Below are positions 21,641 to 34,500 of a stretch of DNA of 64,000 nt, one piece after another. This DNA is from Eutreptiella sp. 'Long Island Sound 2002' (lineage: Eukaryota; Protista; Euglenida): NCBI GenBank assembly GCA_964036045.1, contig OZ038378.1, positions 15,438,001 to 15,502,000 of the forward strand. Reading direction: 5' to 3'. The notes beneath the pieces were generated by a model. That model did no database searches. It saw only the letters and a list, made by a program, of their open reading frames with translations, and was not told where the DNA came from. The translations under genes and the position numbers were made by a program. Positions within the stretch are counted from its first letter, which is position 1. Each line of letters starts with the position of its first letter.

Positions 21641-24600
21641 ATCTCTCACAACCAAATGCTTCAGACTATTCAGTCACCGTTCCTGGCGCTTGCCATCACG
21701 CAGCGGTAGATACGACCTCCCTTTGTGTCGTCTTTCGCGCCCCCTTCCCGCCCCTTTCCAGCAGAATGAGGGGAGGGGTCGCAGTGGTGGGGTATCCTCA
21801 CCCTCGGATTCTATCCATCTCCCGAGGTGCGCATGCCTCGGCTGTAGTGTTGACCGAGCTGGCCCCAGTGGACGACATGGAGCTGGTGCCAGGGGGTGAG
21901 GGGGTACACCAACGACGTACAGTTGCCTGTGTTGCGACGGATCGGTACCGCAATCGTCTTTGTCATGGTCCCGTTACATCCATGCCGCCGGCAGAGAGTG
22001 GGGCGTGCCAGGAGAGCCTTTTCGGCTGCTGCCACACCCGAAGCTACAAATCACATTTTGGGGGGACTCCCGTTTTCGGTCTCATGCCGTGCCGGCTCTC
22101 TCTTGACCTGATGATCTTGCCCTACAGGGCCCAGCATGGATCCCACTGCCGGCGCCGAGATTCCGCTTGTTTTTGCACCGTTTCTGCCTGCCACACACTG
22201 CCCAGTCATCCCTGCCCTGACCGTTGTGCAAGTCACAGCGCCGCACGACTGTGAAACGACATGCATGGGGCTCACACAGTACACAAGCACCGCAAAGGTT
22301 CCGCTCAGGGTATGCTGGAGCCACCAAAGGACTCACCTCAGTATGGCATGCTGCAGCCTCTCGCTGTAACGGCAACGTGGGGACCTCTGTGCATTGGCCT
22401 CTGCGGTAACGACACAAAGAGAGGCCAGCACCACGACAGTCATGACCTCGGCCCTAAATGCAGTCCTTCAACGCTCCCGCTGATGTCTGTGCTTGGGGCT
22501 CCGGCGTATCGGCATCCACAAACCCTCACCCTCTCGACGGGGATCTGATTCGACAGAAGACCAAAAGTAGGGGCGCTGCACGCACACCGTAGGGCCTCCG
22601 TTTGGGCTGTCAACGCAGTTCAATCGTCCTAACAGAGGGGCCATCAGGCTTCCCGATGAATGGCCCTGTCACTACAGGCGGCGGGGGGCGGGGTGGTTCG
22701 TGGGGGGACAATTTTGTGGGAAATTTTTGTCTTTAAGGAAGGCGGCGAAGCTTTCCCCTGGCAAAATTTACGGGTGTCGGTGAGCGCTAGGGGGCATGTG
22801 CGGGGGCCAGCCCACCTGCCTGCCCAGGGCAGCCTGGGGAGAGTGGGGGGCGTCCATACGCCCATGGCCTTGTTGGGCCCTGCTCGAGTGCTGCCTGGGT
22901 GGGAGGACGGTGCGCCCCTGCGGCGGAGTCCCGGTGCCGCGCTACGCCGCCGGCGGCCGGAGGCGGAGTACAGCGGTGACTTGCATGTTAGGGTGTGCAT
23001 GAGGCAGTTGGAGCTTCGGGCTTCCCGGTGGCAAAATTGCCCCCCCCCCACCCCGAAATTTTTCGCGGCGAGATAGTCCCTGTACAACCCCCCTCTGTAG
23101 GGGCCGGGGGTGTTCCATAAAGGCCTGGTTCGGTGCCGTGCAGTGCAACCGTTGTCAAGGGCCATGTATTTTGTGTGACCTGCTTTTGCTGATGGAGCCG
23201 TTGGGGAGAGGTGCAGTTTTGGTGGTCAGAGTGGTCTATTTCCCGGACTGCGCACGATGGCGTTCTACCTCCATGGCGCCCACTCCTGCACCGCTGGCAA
23301 ATTCCACAAGCAGCCCGTCCCATACCGCGAAGTTTGGAGGTTGCTCTTCACCACTGACCCGTTTGTGTCTCCAAGTGCATTCAGGTTGTGGCTAGGGAGA
23401 GGTCCCATCCTTCTACTAACCCTAACCCCCAGGCTAGCCCGTAAGCTGGTAAATGCATACATGCCTGCCACTGACCCCTGACCAGGACCGAATAATGGGA
23501 ACGAGCTGGTGAGGACACGAACATGGCACATTGTATTTGAGGTTTGGGACGGGGGAGGTGGTTGGTCATGGGCTGTCATGGCATTGCATGCCGGCGTGCG
23601 TCATGCAGATGCCAACGCCCGCCACAACAAGGGTCGGACCACATCACGCGATGGCCGTAGCTGTCGCAGGTTCTGCCGTATCCAGCCCTGTGACGACGGC
23701 TTCATGCGCACCAGTGGCCAGCTGGTAACCTGAGATCCCTGTGCGGCGCCTAGGCACAGGCCGCACGTACCACACACCTGTAGGCAGGCGTCGGGGCACC
23801 AGTGATGGCAGTAAGAATTGCGTCAGCCAAGGGGTGGGGATGGGGGTGGGGGGGGTTGGCGGTCCATGGACATGTCCATGGGTAGATGTCCCAGGTTGGC
23901 TGTCGCCGTGTGGACATGGATGCTGTGGATTACGGACAGGACATGGATGGGACATGGATGGGACACCTACCCATGGACGGGACAGGGAGGGGGGGGGGGG
24001 ACCGAGGGGGAACGGCCCCCCTGTCTTATTGCCATCACTGCGTGGCACGCCCTGGTCCTGGGCATACCTGTGTCCTTTGATTTGCCCAGAGCTATGCATC
24101 CACAGGTGCAGTGGAACTGCTGTGGCAAAAGCAGGGGTACACCCTTGTGAGGATTGGACTCGTATGCATGGCCGAGTGGGCCACTGCATCCCTGCGGAGT
24201 GCAACTGTTGTGTCAGAGACCGTTGTGAAGTGGATGGTGCTCCCCTTTTCAGCGCAGGAAATGAACGAGAATTTGGGACCCCATGTTCAGCCCCACAGTG
24301 CGCTGGGGATTGCAGGAGATCAAATGGTTCCCCTGTCGTAGCACACCACCTCTCACCAGGAGATAGCGAGACCGAGGGCGGAAGTGGTTAGCCAAGTCCT
24401 CCCTGCCCTGGGGACCCCGATACGGCAGGGGTTTTGCAGCCAGTTTCAGCCCATCCTCCACTGTGGCCCTGTATGGCAGGGCCCTCCCTGCTCTGGGGAC
24501 CCTCGATATGGCACGGGTAAAGCAGTCATTTTCATTACTGTAGGCCGGATTTCTTTTTTGGCGTGTTCGTTTTTTTGGCCCCATAATGTATACCTCAAAA

Positions 24601-27349
24601 TGATCACGATGTGCCGATCATTTGCATGTATTTATTTTGGGACCCCACCTCCCCCCATCCCACCGTCTACCTCCCCCTGGGGGCTTTTAGACCTTTGGCA
24701 AGAATTCACGATGGTGTATCACAGCAGCAAGAGCTTCCTGTCAGAACTTGCGAAGGGAACAGCCTTTTTTGTGTCTGGGCATGCACACTTGAGGCTTTTT
24801 TTAACGAGAGCTGTGTTGCTGTTTGTTGGTTGGCTCCAGCACCATGCAGCCAAAAAAAAAGGTCCTGTCTCAAAGCCAACCACAGTCTTATCCAACAACC
24901 GCCCCTTAGTCAAATGACGCTTTTGACCTTAAAAAGCAATCTAGCGACCACCGCCCTCATCACACAGCAAAATTTGGATGGCCCTTGTGCGCAAATGCTT
25001 CACACCATTCAGCCACCGTTCCTGGTGCTTTCCATCACGCAACAGTAGGTGCGACCTCCTTTCGTGTAGTCCTGTGTGTCCCTCTACCACATCTTTCCAC
25101 AAGGATGAGGGGCAGGGGTCCCAGGGATAGGGTGTCCTCATGTTCAGATTTTCTGCATTTCCCCAGAAAAAAAGCAAAAAGAATATAAATGGGAGTGTTC
25201 ATGCCTCTGATGCAGTCTTGATTGTGCTGGTTCGAGTTGATGGTGTGCGGCTTCACATACAGGGGTATTGCAACATTGAGAAGGTGGAGAGAACAAGGAT
25301 GAACGTAAGTGACATAATTGTACTGATAGGGGTGAAGGGTGGGGGATGCAGAGAGTTTGCAGTGGCACTTCCATCATACCACAGTTTCGTTGCATTTTGT
25401 CCTTATGCAATACTTCATTCTGCAGCAGATTGTTTTTTTCTTAACTAAAAACCAGTTACGAAAAGTTGAGCACCAAAAATGTCGGATCCACTCTTGTGGA
25501 CTCTACTCAATCGTCCTGCTAGTGGTTTGGGTAGTGATAGGATGGAATGGGCAACCATTATTCACACGTCCCAAGATGGTGATACTGCACCTACAGATTG
25601 TAGTGGTACAATGCGGGACGTTGGCCCTAGCAGTGACAGTGAAGACAGTAGGTACTTGGTGGCAGTGGTTACTGGGATGCAGACCACTACTAGTAACACC
25701 TGACGGCTAGAGCTACTGTGAAGGGAAAGGGGGGGCTAAGCAATTGGGGCACCTCTCCTGTGGCGTTTGGAATAAGTCAATAGGGTGCCATTCCCTGCCA
25801 CAATTTGCACATTGCGCCAGGGCCTTGGTTTCTCTTTTGTACAAAGCAATGGTATCAAGAGATCAATGTGCACCCCCCCGTGGTACCATTTTTGTGAACA
25901 AATACCCCAAATGGCCGTTGAATGGTAGTCGTTTCTTCTTATTGTAGGTTTTGGTGTTTTTGGATTGTTTAGGTCTCAGCCCTCGATGCATCGGCATTTG
26001 CTACTGCAATGGTGGGGAGGGGGGGGGGGGGGGGTTTCCAGCATCATTGTGCTAGGGGCACCTTGGGCATTTGCAGTCCCACCCAATGTTACTGCAGGCC
26101 ATGGGAGTGACAAGCCCACCACAAAATGCGGATGGCTAGTTCGTGGCTCCAATTGCGGACCGCTTTGTGCCTGCATGCTACCCTGTACACCTTTTGTGGT
26201 TATCTCCATTTGTGCATGGCTCCACATGGAAGCATTTGCAATGGATTAGGGGTACGCTCAGGTGCCACAAGCTGGTAGTAGTTCTCTTACAGCCAGCTGT
26301 CATGGGACAGCAAGGACAGAAGTAACCTAATTTTACTCCCAAACGAGGTTCTGACCAAGACCACCGCCAAGTACAGGGGTCTAGATTTGCAAGGGACCCC
26401 AAGGTATCCAGCCTGGATATGACTAGAGCATCCATCAATGCATCTGACACATGGAACCACACCAGCCTCCCTCCCTGTCATGACCTCAAAAGCTCTACAC
26501 CCTCCCTAATTTGAGACTGCGTGCAAATTGTGCCCTTGGTGGAAAGGGGCATGCACCATTGCTGGGAGGGGCACACACCTAGCAGCAGCGGCTACTCCCC
26601 TCAAAGCACGACTCCCGCACTCATGCAACACGCCCTATGCTCCACACAAACTGCAAACGAAGCTGAGGCCAAGGCCCCGCTGCAAGCTCCACGGCCGCTT
26701 GGCCCACCACTCGCTTTGTTGGCGTTTTGGCTGTTGCTTCTCCTGTCGTTGTTGCTTGATGGAAACATTTGAGCCCCTCCTCCCAAGTGGTGGGGGAGGT
26801 AGCCGTGGTCAGGTAGTCATGGCCTGTTCGAGTGAGGTGTTGTGCCCAGGGCGCCTAGTATTGCTATGGGTTGAGGTCGCTTGCACTATCCCCCATGGGG
26901 GAGCACGAGAGGATGCCATATGAGGACATGTGACCTCTTGCTCTGTCCCTGAGGCTAGAAGCAGTGGATCATGATGATTGGAGGGGTAGATTGATTAGCC
27001 CGCCCCTCCAACTTCCAACTGGGCTTGGCACTATAGAGCCTTGGAGTTAAACATGCACATGCCCTCCCTAATATGAGGTGACTCTATCGTGCCTGGTTGT
27101 CCGCAGGGCAAGGACCGCCAGCCTATTTGACTGCCATAGGGAATCCCTCTCCAATATGAGGTCCTTCCATCACGCTGGAGAACGCCGGGTTGGACAGGGG
27201 AGGGCTAGGGCAAGCTTCAGGCAAGCTCTAACCCGCTATCCGCCCTCCCCTCCCCTTCACAATAGCATCCAGCACCTTTAAAAGGCACATGCTCTCTCTA
27301 ATATGTCTAAGATTGTAATAGGCACGCGCCCTCTCGAATATGGAGGATC

Positions 27350-27645
27350 CTGGATAGCACAGCCGGGCAACACCAAGGTCTCGTGCCCACAAGGTCACGG
27401 TTTTGAACCCCGGTTCAGCTTGGGGGAAGTGTGGAACTGAGCTCAGGGTTGGGTTGGCCCATGAGTAAGGCAATCCCCTAGGCAACTAGGGTTCGAACCA
27501 CGTGGAGATGGATGCAGTCAGCAGTTCGCATCTTGGTGTACTAGAGCTGCTTGCAGCTTAAGTTCCTCCGAAGAAAGTGGCACAGCAGCGGCCACACAGT
27601 CTTTGGTGCGGATAGTCGCGGGTTTGAACCCGGCTGGCACCAGAG
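27350..27645 (+). mobile_element. tRNA-derived (SINE-like) composite with two degenerate tRNA heads
   Basis: TAGCACAGCCGG (A-box-like) plus GGTTTTGAACCC (B-box-like) at about 27352-27410; GGTTCGAACC at about 27490; TGGCACAGCAGCGG plus GGGTTTGAACCCGGCTGGCACCA at about 27578-27643. Cloverleaf stems are broken. Confidence 0.45.
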
Positions 27646-28503
27646 GCTGGTGACTACGGCGGGGTTCCTGTCCACCAGTCCAATGATAGGGAGGCTTGCC
27701 AGCAAGCTACAGGTTAGCGGCGACCGTGACCTATACCGTGGGGAGAGCTTGGGTTGGGTCAGAGGCCAAAGAAAGTTTATGCACCTGAAATTGACCTGCA
27801 ATTTCAGGTCCCTTTGATAAATTTCATGTTTTTCATGCGGAAAATTTTTTCTGATTTAGTGGGTGGGTCGGTCGGGTGGAGGAGCCCAGGCTGCCATTCC
27901 GGCCCCCGCTAACGGTAAGCTGTGGCCTGACTTCCATTTTCAGGAGCTTACTCCGAAGTGGGGAACACTAGCACCAACCCGAGGACCAATAAGGCACGAC
28001 CATGCTACCCCTGAGCAATAAAGACTAATGCCCTCTCTAATGGAGTGGTCACACCCCCGCGGGCGCACACACACAGAGGGCGCATACGGTACCGAACATT
28101 GCTACAGTGCAAACAGAGCTCTGGGGTGGTATTGTGTGTCAGCGAACGCTATACTGTTGTCTTTAGAGATATTGAGCGTGAATCACGCACACACTTCACA
28201 GCACAGTCAATGGCCAACCCACAAGTGGGGCCACAAGGTGACAGGCAGGGCTGCAGGAACGCAGTGGGTGGCACTCATCTTCATTGCCACCTAGATCGCC
28301 CCCTGCGAAGGCTCACCATTTGCTATTCAAGCATGTTGTGCAGACGTGATCAAGATGTTAAGCGCACATGTGGCCAATGATGCACAACCCTTTCAGGCTC
28401 CTGCTTGCAATCTTTCTGTTGTTGAATTGCTCAGGTGCACAATGGTTCCACAAAGGAAGCACAGCATGTCTGTTGAGGATCTGTGTGTACACACACGGCG
28501 GTC

Positions 28504-31500
28504 ATGATCAAGTCTGCACAGCAAATTGCGCGCGACCGCCGCCGGCGCGAGGTTGAGCAAACGGAACGGATCACAATTGCCGCTGGGGACGGCGACTATG
28601 AGACCGTTCTCGAGATGCTTGAGACAGGAACGGACCCAGAATGCCAAGATCCCGGGGAGTATTCGCCATTGTCGGAGGCTTCCAGTCAAGGCCACATTGA
28701 GATCGTCAAGCTGCTGCTGGATTTTGAGGCTGATCCGAATTCAGTAGGTCACAGTGTGGGTCTGGGGTGTTGTCAAATAGGAGGACTGGGAGCGTTCGGG
28801 GACTGGGGATGTTCAAGTTGGGCTGTGTGGAACGTGGAACAGCTGAACAGGGTCGTTTTTCCATAACAGAAAGTTGCCGGTCACTGTTGCCTATCTCGAA
28901 AAAGTTGTATATCCATAGTGTTGGTCAGTATTTGGGGGTCCCGTTGATAATAATAATAATGGGTGCGTCCAATGCAGTACAGGTGGCGTCCAATGCTTTG
29001 TCTTCAGTGTGACCTGCTTTTGTGATCGAGGTCATTTATGTCTATCTCGAGTAGTTGCCACTGCAAATGTTACCACAGCTAAAGCTTCAAATGTAGCCGA
29101 AGTCATGTCAGTTCTTGTCCCTCATCCAGGCCAAGAAGCTCAGCTTTCCTTGTGCAGCACAGATATCGCGCTGCACCACTCGTCACAAAAGGGCAAGGTG
29201 AACGAGGGCTACACCCCTGCGGCGCGTGTTAGGAATAATTCCGACAGCAAACAAGGCGGGCAATTCTATGTTATTGTATTTCCTACTTTTTCACACTCCA
29301 CCCCTCTACACTGGGCAATAAGTCCCTTTGGGACTCTTTTTTCTTTTTTGAGCCCCCCCCCCCCCCTCGTTTACCCATGTGCGTTGGGGCTTGGGGTTGG
29401 GGTGATGGGGAATGCCAGGTTATGTAGCCATTCCGCCCACGGTCAAGTTTATCATCGCTCACCCCGAAGGATACCTTGTGCAGCAGTGATGCGATTGAGT
29501 CAGAGATCAATTACTCCCCGGATGACGAATAAAGTGGGAGTGGCCATGGAAGGCACCAAACCGACACCTACATGGGATTGGGCACCCCATGTGGTGTAAC
29601 TCGAAACGCGAAACGATATGAAACGCGAAACAAAACGAAACGCTCGTCGTGCAGGAATGGGCACCTCGTTCGGCGAGGGGGAGTCGTTGTAAGCAACCTC
29701 TCCTTGGGGTATGGGGCAGAAGCAGCAATGGGGCTCTGCTGCTTCTCACCGAGGGAGTAACGCCCCTCCTCCGCAACCACAGTAGAAGGGCGCGATTCCC
29801 TACCACGCTTTGCACATTGAGCCGGTGGTCATAGTCTCTCCATTGTAGAGAGCGATGGTGTCAACAGATCAATGTGCCACCCCCCCCCTCCCCCCCAACC
29901 CCAACCCCCTCCCACTTAGTGGGTTTTGTATAGGCAGGTACTCCAAATGGTCATGGAATGGTGTTTTTCCCTTTCTTGTTGCAAGTTTCACTATTTCTGC
30001 ATTTTAAGAGGATTATTCCTGCCCTGTGGCGCGCCGTGCGGCGCGCAGGAGTAGCCCTCAACCGCATCAGGTGGAGGCGACAAGTAGCAAAGCTCAACAG
30101 TGTCAGAAACACATGACAGGTTCGCAACACAAAATGGTTGTGGACACAATGATGAACGACGCTCTCCACTGCATTTTTTGGGGGACGAATGCACCGAATG
30201 TCCCCTTAGGCTATTTTGCAACTCCATGCCCTCCGAAGCCCTTTCCTTTGCCTGCACTATAGGTTCCCTTGCGAAAGCCGCCGAGGGGCAATCCCATCTG
30301 GATTCAAATCCCGCACTCCAACGGAAAAGTGGGCAGCCCCATGCGCAGACTTCTGCTACAACTAGACAACACTTGCGGACCAATCCAAATGTTTTCAGTG
30401 GCCATTTTCTTCATTTGTGTGCCCCCCCCTCCCCCCCAAACCGCCAGCTGCTCAAAAGCCAATCGCTCCCAGTCCATCGCTAATCACTTCCCTGTGCCAA
30501 CTTCTCCCTCTAAACGGGACATTGACGTTTGGCCCTCCCAATGCTCCTCTTCACCATGGTGAACTAAGGGCTGTCTCTCTATAGTCGGTGGAGGTGATTG
30601 CAGCATAACTTGCGGTACAACCCTTGGCGTCCAACTTTTCCTTTTCAGGCCACATTCCATATCTCTAGGTACCCCCCCCCCCCCCCCCAATCCGCCTCGT
30701 TGTGGGGCCCTAGAGTAGAGAGATTAGCCGTTTTCAGACCAGCAAAGGGGGGAGCACCTCACATGGCGCATGCGCCGCATGGAGATTCAGCCACGTGGCC
30801 CAGCCAAGCACCCATATTTACTGCCCCTTGGGGGCCCCATCTAGGATTTATGAGCGTACTCCGTGATGCCATTGAGTTGAGCAAAAGGCAAAGAGGTCCA
30901 TGTTGTGCAGTTTTTTGAGTTCTGTCCAAATATTCATGTCCCAGGTCTCAACTCCACGGCATGTATGAGAAACTTTGTGTCCATTGTTCTGGCCTGGCGC
31001 AGATACTCCTCCTAGGTTGGCCGGAAAATCGCGATTTTTGGATGACCTTTGATGAGTGCTGGGTGGCCTTGGGCCAAGCTTGGATCATCTGGTGACAATG
31101 GAGATATATACAAACCCAGGGAGAGCTGTACCCCTGCAGCCCTAAACGTTTTTCTACCGGCGCCGCGGCAGACTTCCTCAGGCACATTCAAATGTCTGGG
31201 GACGACGGTGCCATCCGTAAAATGCAGCTTGTGGTTGAAAACAAAACTTCACCGACAGCGGGAATTGGTATGTCTATGGGGGAATGTTTGCCCGGTTGTA
31301 GACCTGAATGAAGTTCAGGTGGAGTTGTTCGCGAGTAAGGAGCAGCACATGATGCAGCTCTACTGTTTGCGATACCTCAATAACGCCTATCGCTTCTATT
31401 GGAGATCGATGGGGTTGTGCCATGCTAACCCCCCATTCCCCCAACTTGCTAAGGTGTTGATCAAGATTGCCCTTAAAGGAGCGAGAGTGGTAATAATCAC

Positions 31501-34500
31501 CAAATTCTAAGGGCATTTCCAAAAGATAATGCTGGGGCTGAAGTCGGGATAGTTAATAGAAAAGTAGCCCCACCTCTGTGAGTGTCAAACCCGACACACG
31601 CAAACACCGCACACACAGCCCGGCGTCCCCGCGGCGCCGTTTGGCCATGCAATCTCAGACTAGCGCCCCCGTGCCGTGCAGGGGAACTCAAGCGCACACC
31701 CATTTGGCGGGCCGCGTGGAATGACCACACGGACGTGATCCAAGTCCTTCTCGAAGCAGGTGCCGATCCCCGCATCATGTGCCAGAACCAGCGTGCCCAC
31801 AGTGTGTGCTCTGTGTCGGTCAAGGCCAGCGTTTTTGACCAGTGGAACATTGAGCGCACCGATTCAATGAAGGTGTGCCCCGTGTCGTGTGACATGTGTG
31901 TGGGTCGGTGCAGTTGGCGGGACAGAGCATAGTACGTGGTGCATGGGACATAAGGGCACGAGACAGAGAAGAGGTGTACAGGGGTGGGTTGCCCCCATCA
32001 TACATGTTGCCCTGCTGCCACAGCACAGCCGGATGCCCCAGACGGCCGCAGGATGCATATCACTCGTGCATGCATGTAGTTGCCGGATGCATACGCATCA
32101 CTGCTGCATGCATACCGTGGCTGCACGCCTGCCATTTACGCCTATTTCTCAGTGCTGCATAGGTCACTGCTGCATGCACGACTGAGTTCGGCATCATGCA
32201 CTCTGGCACAACGCAAACTCAAAACCAGACGGTTTTTGCTGCAGTGTGCCATGGACGAATGCCACTGAAAGAGGCCGGGGTGGTCTTCCATTCACCCGTC
32301 CCCATGTGCTGGGGTGTGATCAACCACAGTGCCATGCAGGCCCGGGGGATTGGAGGGCGGGCCCATGCTCCATGCACATCTCTGCGGTGTGGATCCACAT
32401 GCATGTGATTGTGGCAGGCATGTGCTTACTGCATGCGCATCACTGCCGCAGGCGTGGCACTGCCCCATTCCTCTCCATGCCACTGCCGTGTGCATGCCGC
32501 TCTGTGCGTGGTGCAGCTGAAGAACGAGGCGCGGCACAGTTCAAGGCGTGTGCAGACAGAGACGGCGGCCCTGGTCACGACATCGGCGCACACGGGACTC
32601 GATGATGTAGAGGAGTTGCAGAGCCAGCACCAATCCGCCCTCCGGTGTGGCGCGCGCGCCGTGCTCCCCTTGTTCGCCCTATCTCGTGTGCCCCCCGCAT
32701 CAGCGACGCACTGGGGAATGCGGGGATGGTGTCATAGGGGGACCCCCCCCCCCCCGCATCAAAATGTGAAGCCTGTCTTCGCGGGCAGGAGGAGGGGGGG
32801 GGGGGGTCGGGCTGCGTCAAGGCCTCTGCTGGACGCCCGGGCCCATGGTCGGCGCCCTTTCCCGCGCGACTCGACTGGGCCCAAATGCATCGATGGCGCA
32901 CCGCGCCACGGATGCGTACCGCTCGGTACTCCGGGACCACATCCCCCTGCGGTGCACAAGCAGCAGAGCATTCGTGCTGCAAGGCCCCCTGGTCGGGACC
33001 TGCTGCGTCGGTTGCCCATCAACAACTGTTGGGCGACGGCACTCCCAGTGCCACTGCCATGCAATGCCTCAGGCCGTCTGTCGTGAAGAGAAACCAAACG
33101 GAAGGTCTCATTCCCAGAGCACACCCCGGCACACCGCCCCCCCAGCGCACAACACCCCAGCGGCCACCCCGGCACACCCCCACTTCGGCACAGCGCACCC
33201 TCCGGCACGCCGCCACCCGTCATCCCGCCACGGCGCCACCCCCCCCCCCCCCCCGGCACACCGGCACCCCAGCGCATCGCCACCCCCGTGGGGCATACAA
33301 CAGACATGACACTGGACACCGGTCTACTGCGGGGTAGCCGACCAGGCTTCACGGACAACCCCCCCTCCCGTGCGGGCGCCATGCCCTCTGCCACCCACCT
33401 CACATGTCTCGGCTGCTCGCCTACCCGTGCACACCCAGGCCCCCCGCAGCGCTCACTCGAAGGCCTCACACATGTGTCACATGGCGCTCAGCCGCACTGC
33501 CCCCATTTGTAATCCGGTCACCCGCCGCCCTCTGTTTGGCACGCACTGCCCCCTCGCAGGTTGCTGAAGCAGACGCAGGAGTCGTACAACAGTTATGCCG
33601 CGGACTATGACGGCATGTGTTCGCCGTGCTACGAGGGCACGCCCTGTAAAGAGGTCCTGGACACCACGTTGGGTGCCCTGCACTCTGCCGAGCAGGTACG
33701 TGCGGTTGGGATCTGTAGTGCAGGTGCCGTGGCATTCATCGCCGTTTCTGTTATTGGCGCACACCAATGCCCGCACTACTGCCTGTGTGCACTACGTCCC
33801 ACGTCACTGCCCGCGTCGCTGCCCGCGTGCGCTGCTGCACATGTCTGCACACGCCGCTGCATACACCCTCTGCACCACTCAGCGCATTAAGGACCTGAAT
33901 GACAGCATTCGCTTTATTGAACAGCGGCTCGCGCAGGCCCGTGCTCTCGAAAGGAACACGCGACGCCAGTCAATGAATGCCAACGTGACGTCGTGGGATA
34001 CCCAGAACCACCATCATTGCGCCCCGGGTTTTCAGCGGGCAGTCAAGGGGCTGCTTATGATCAACGCCCGTATTGCAGAGGGGGATGTGCCGAACAGTCG
34101 CTGGATTTGGATGCCAGGTCTGTCTCTCTCCCCGTCTCCCTCGTGCAATGGCGGCTGCGACAATGGATGGCGGACAATCCATCGTTGCACAGAAAGACAT
34201 TGTGCATCCTGATGGACACAGCTTGATAGGGGGGGCTTCAACGTGATTGTCGTGCTGTGGGAGGGGGGGGGGGTCGTCTCTGGGGGGATGGGCGTCCTCC
34301 TGGCACGGCAGGCCGGGTGGGATGGAATGTGTGAGCAGGCAAGTGGATGAATTTTTCTTTTTGGCCGAACCCTCCCCACGGAGGGGCATTTGTACGTTCA
34401 CTCCTTCTTCTCTCTCTCCCTCCCCCCCCCCCAGGCCTTATCTCCTCATTCCCTCTCTCAGGTCGTCCGTCCCTGCCTGCATCCCTTTCTCATGCCACCC

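Noticed and set aside
27578-27643. Functional tRNA gene
   Set aside because: The acceptor and T stems do not pair properly; treated as tRNA-derived.
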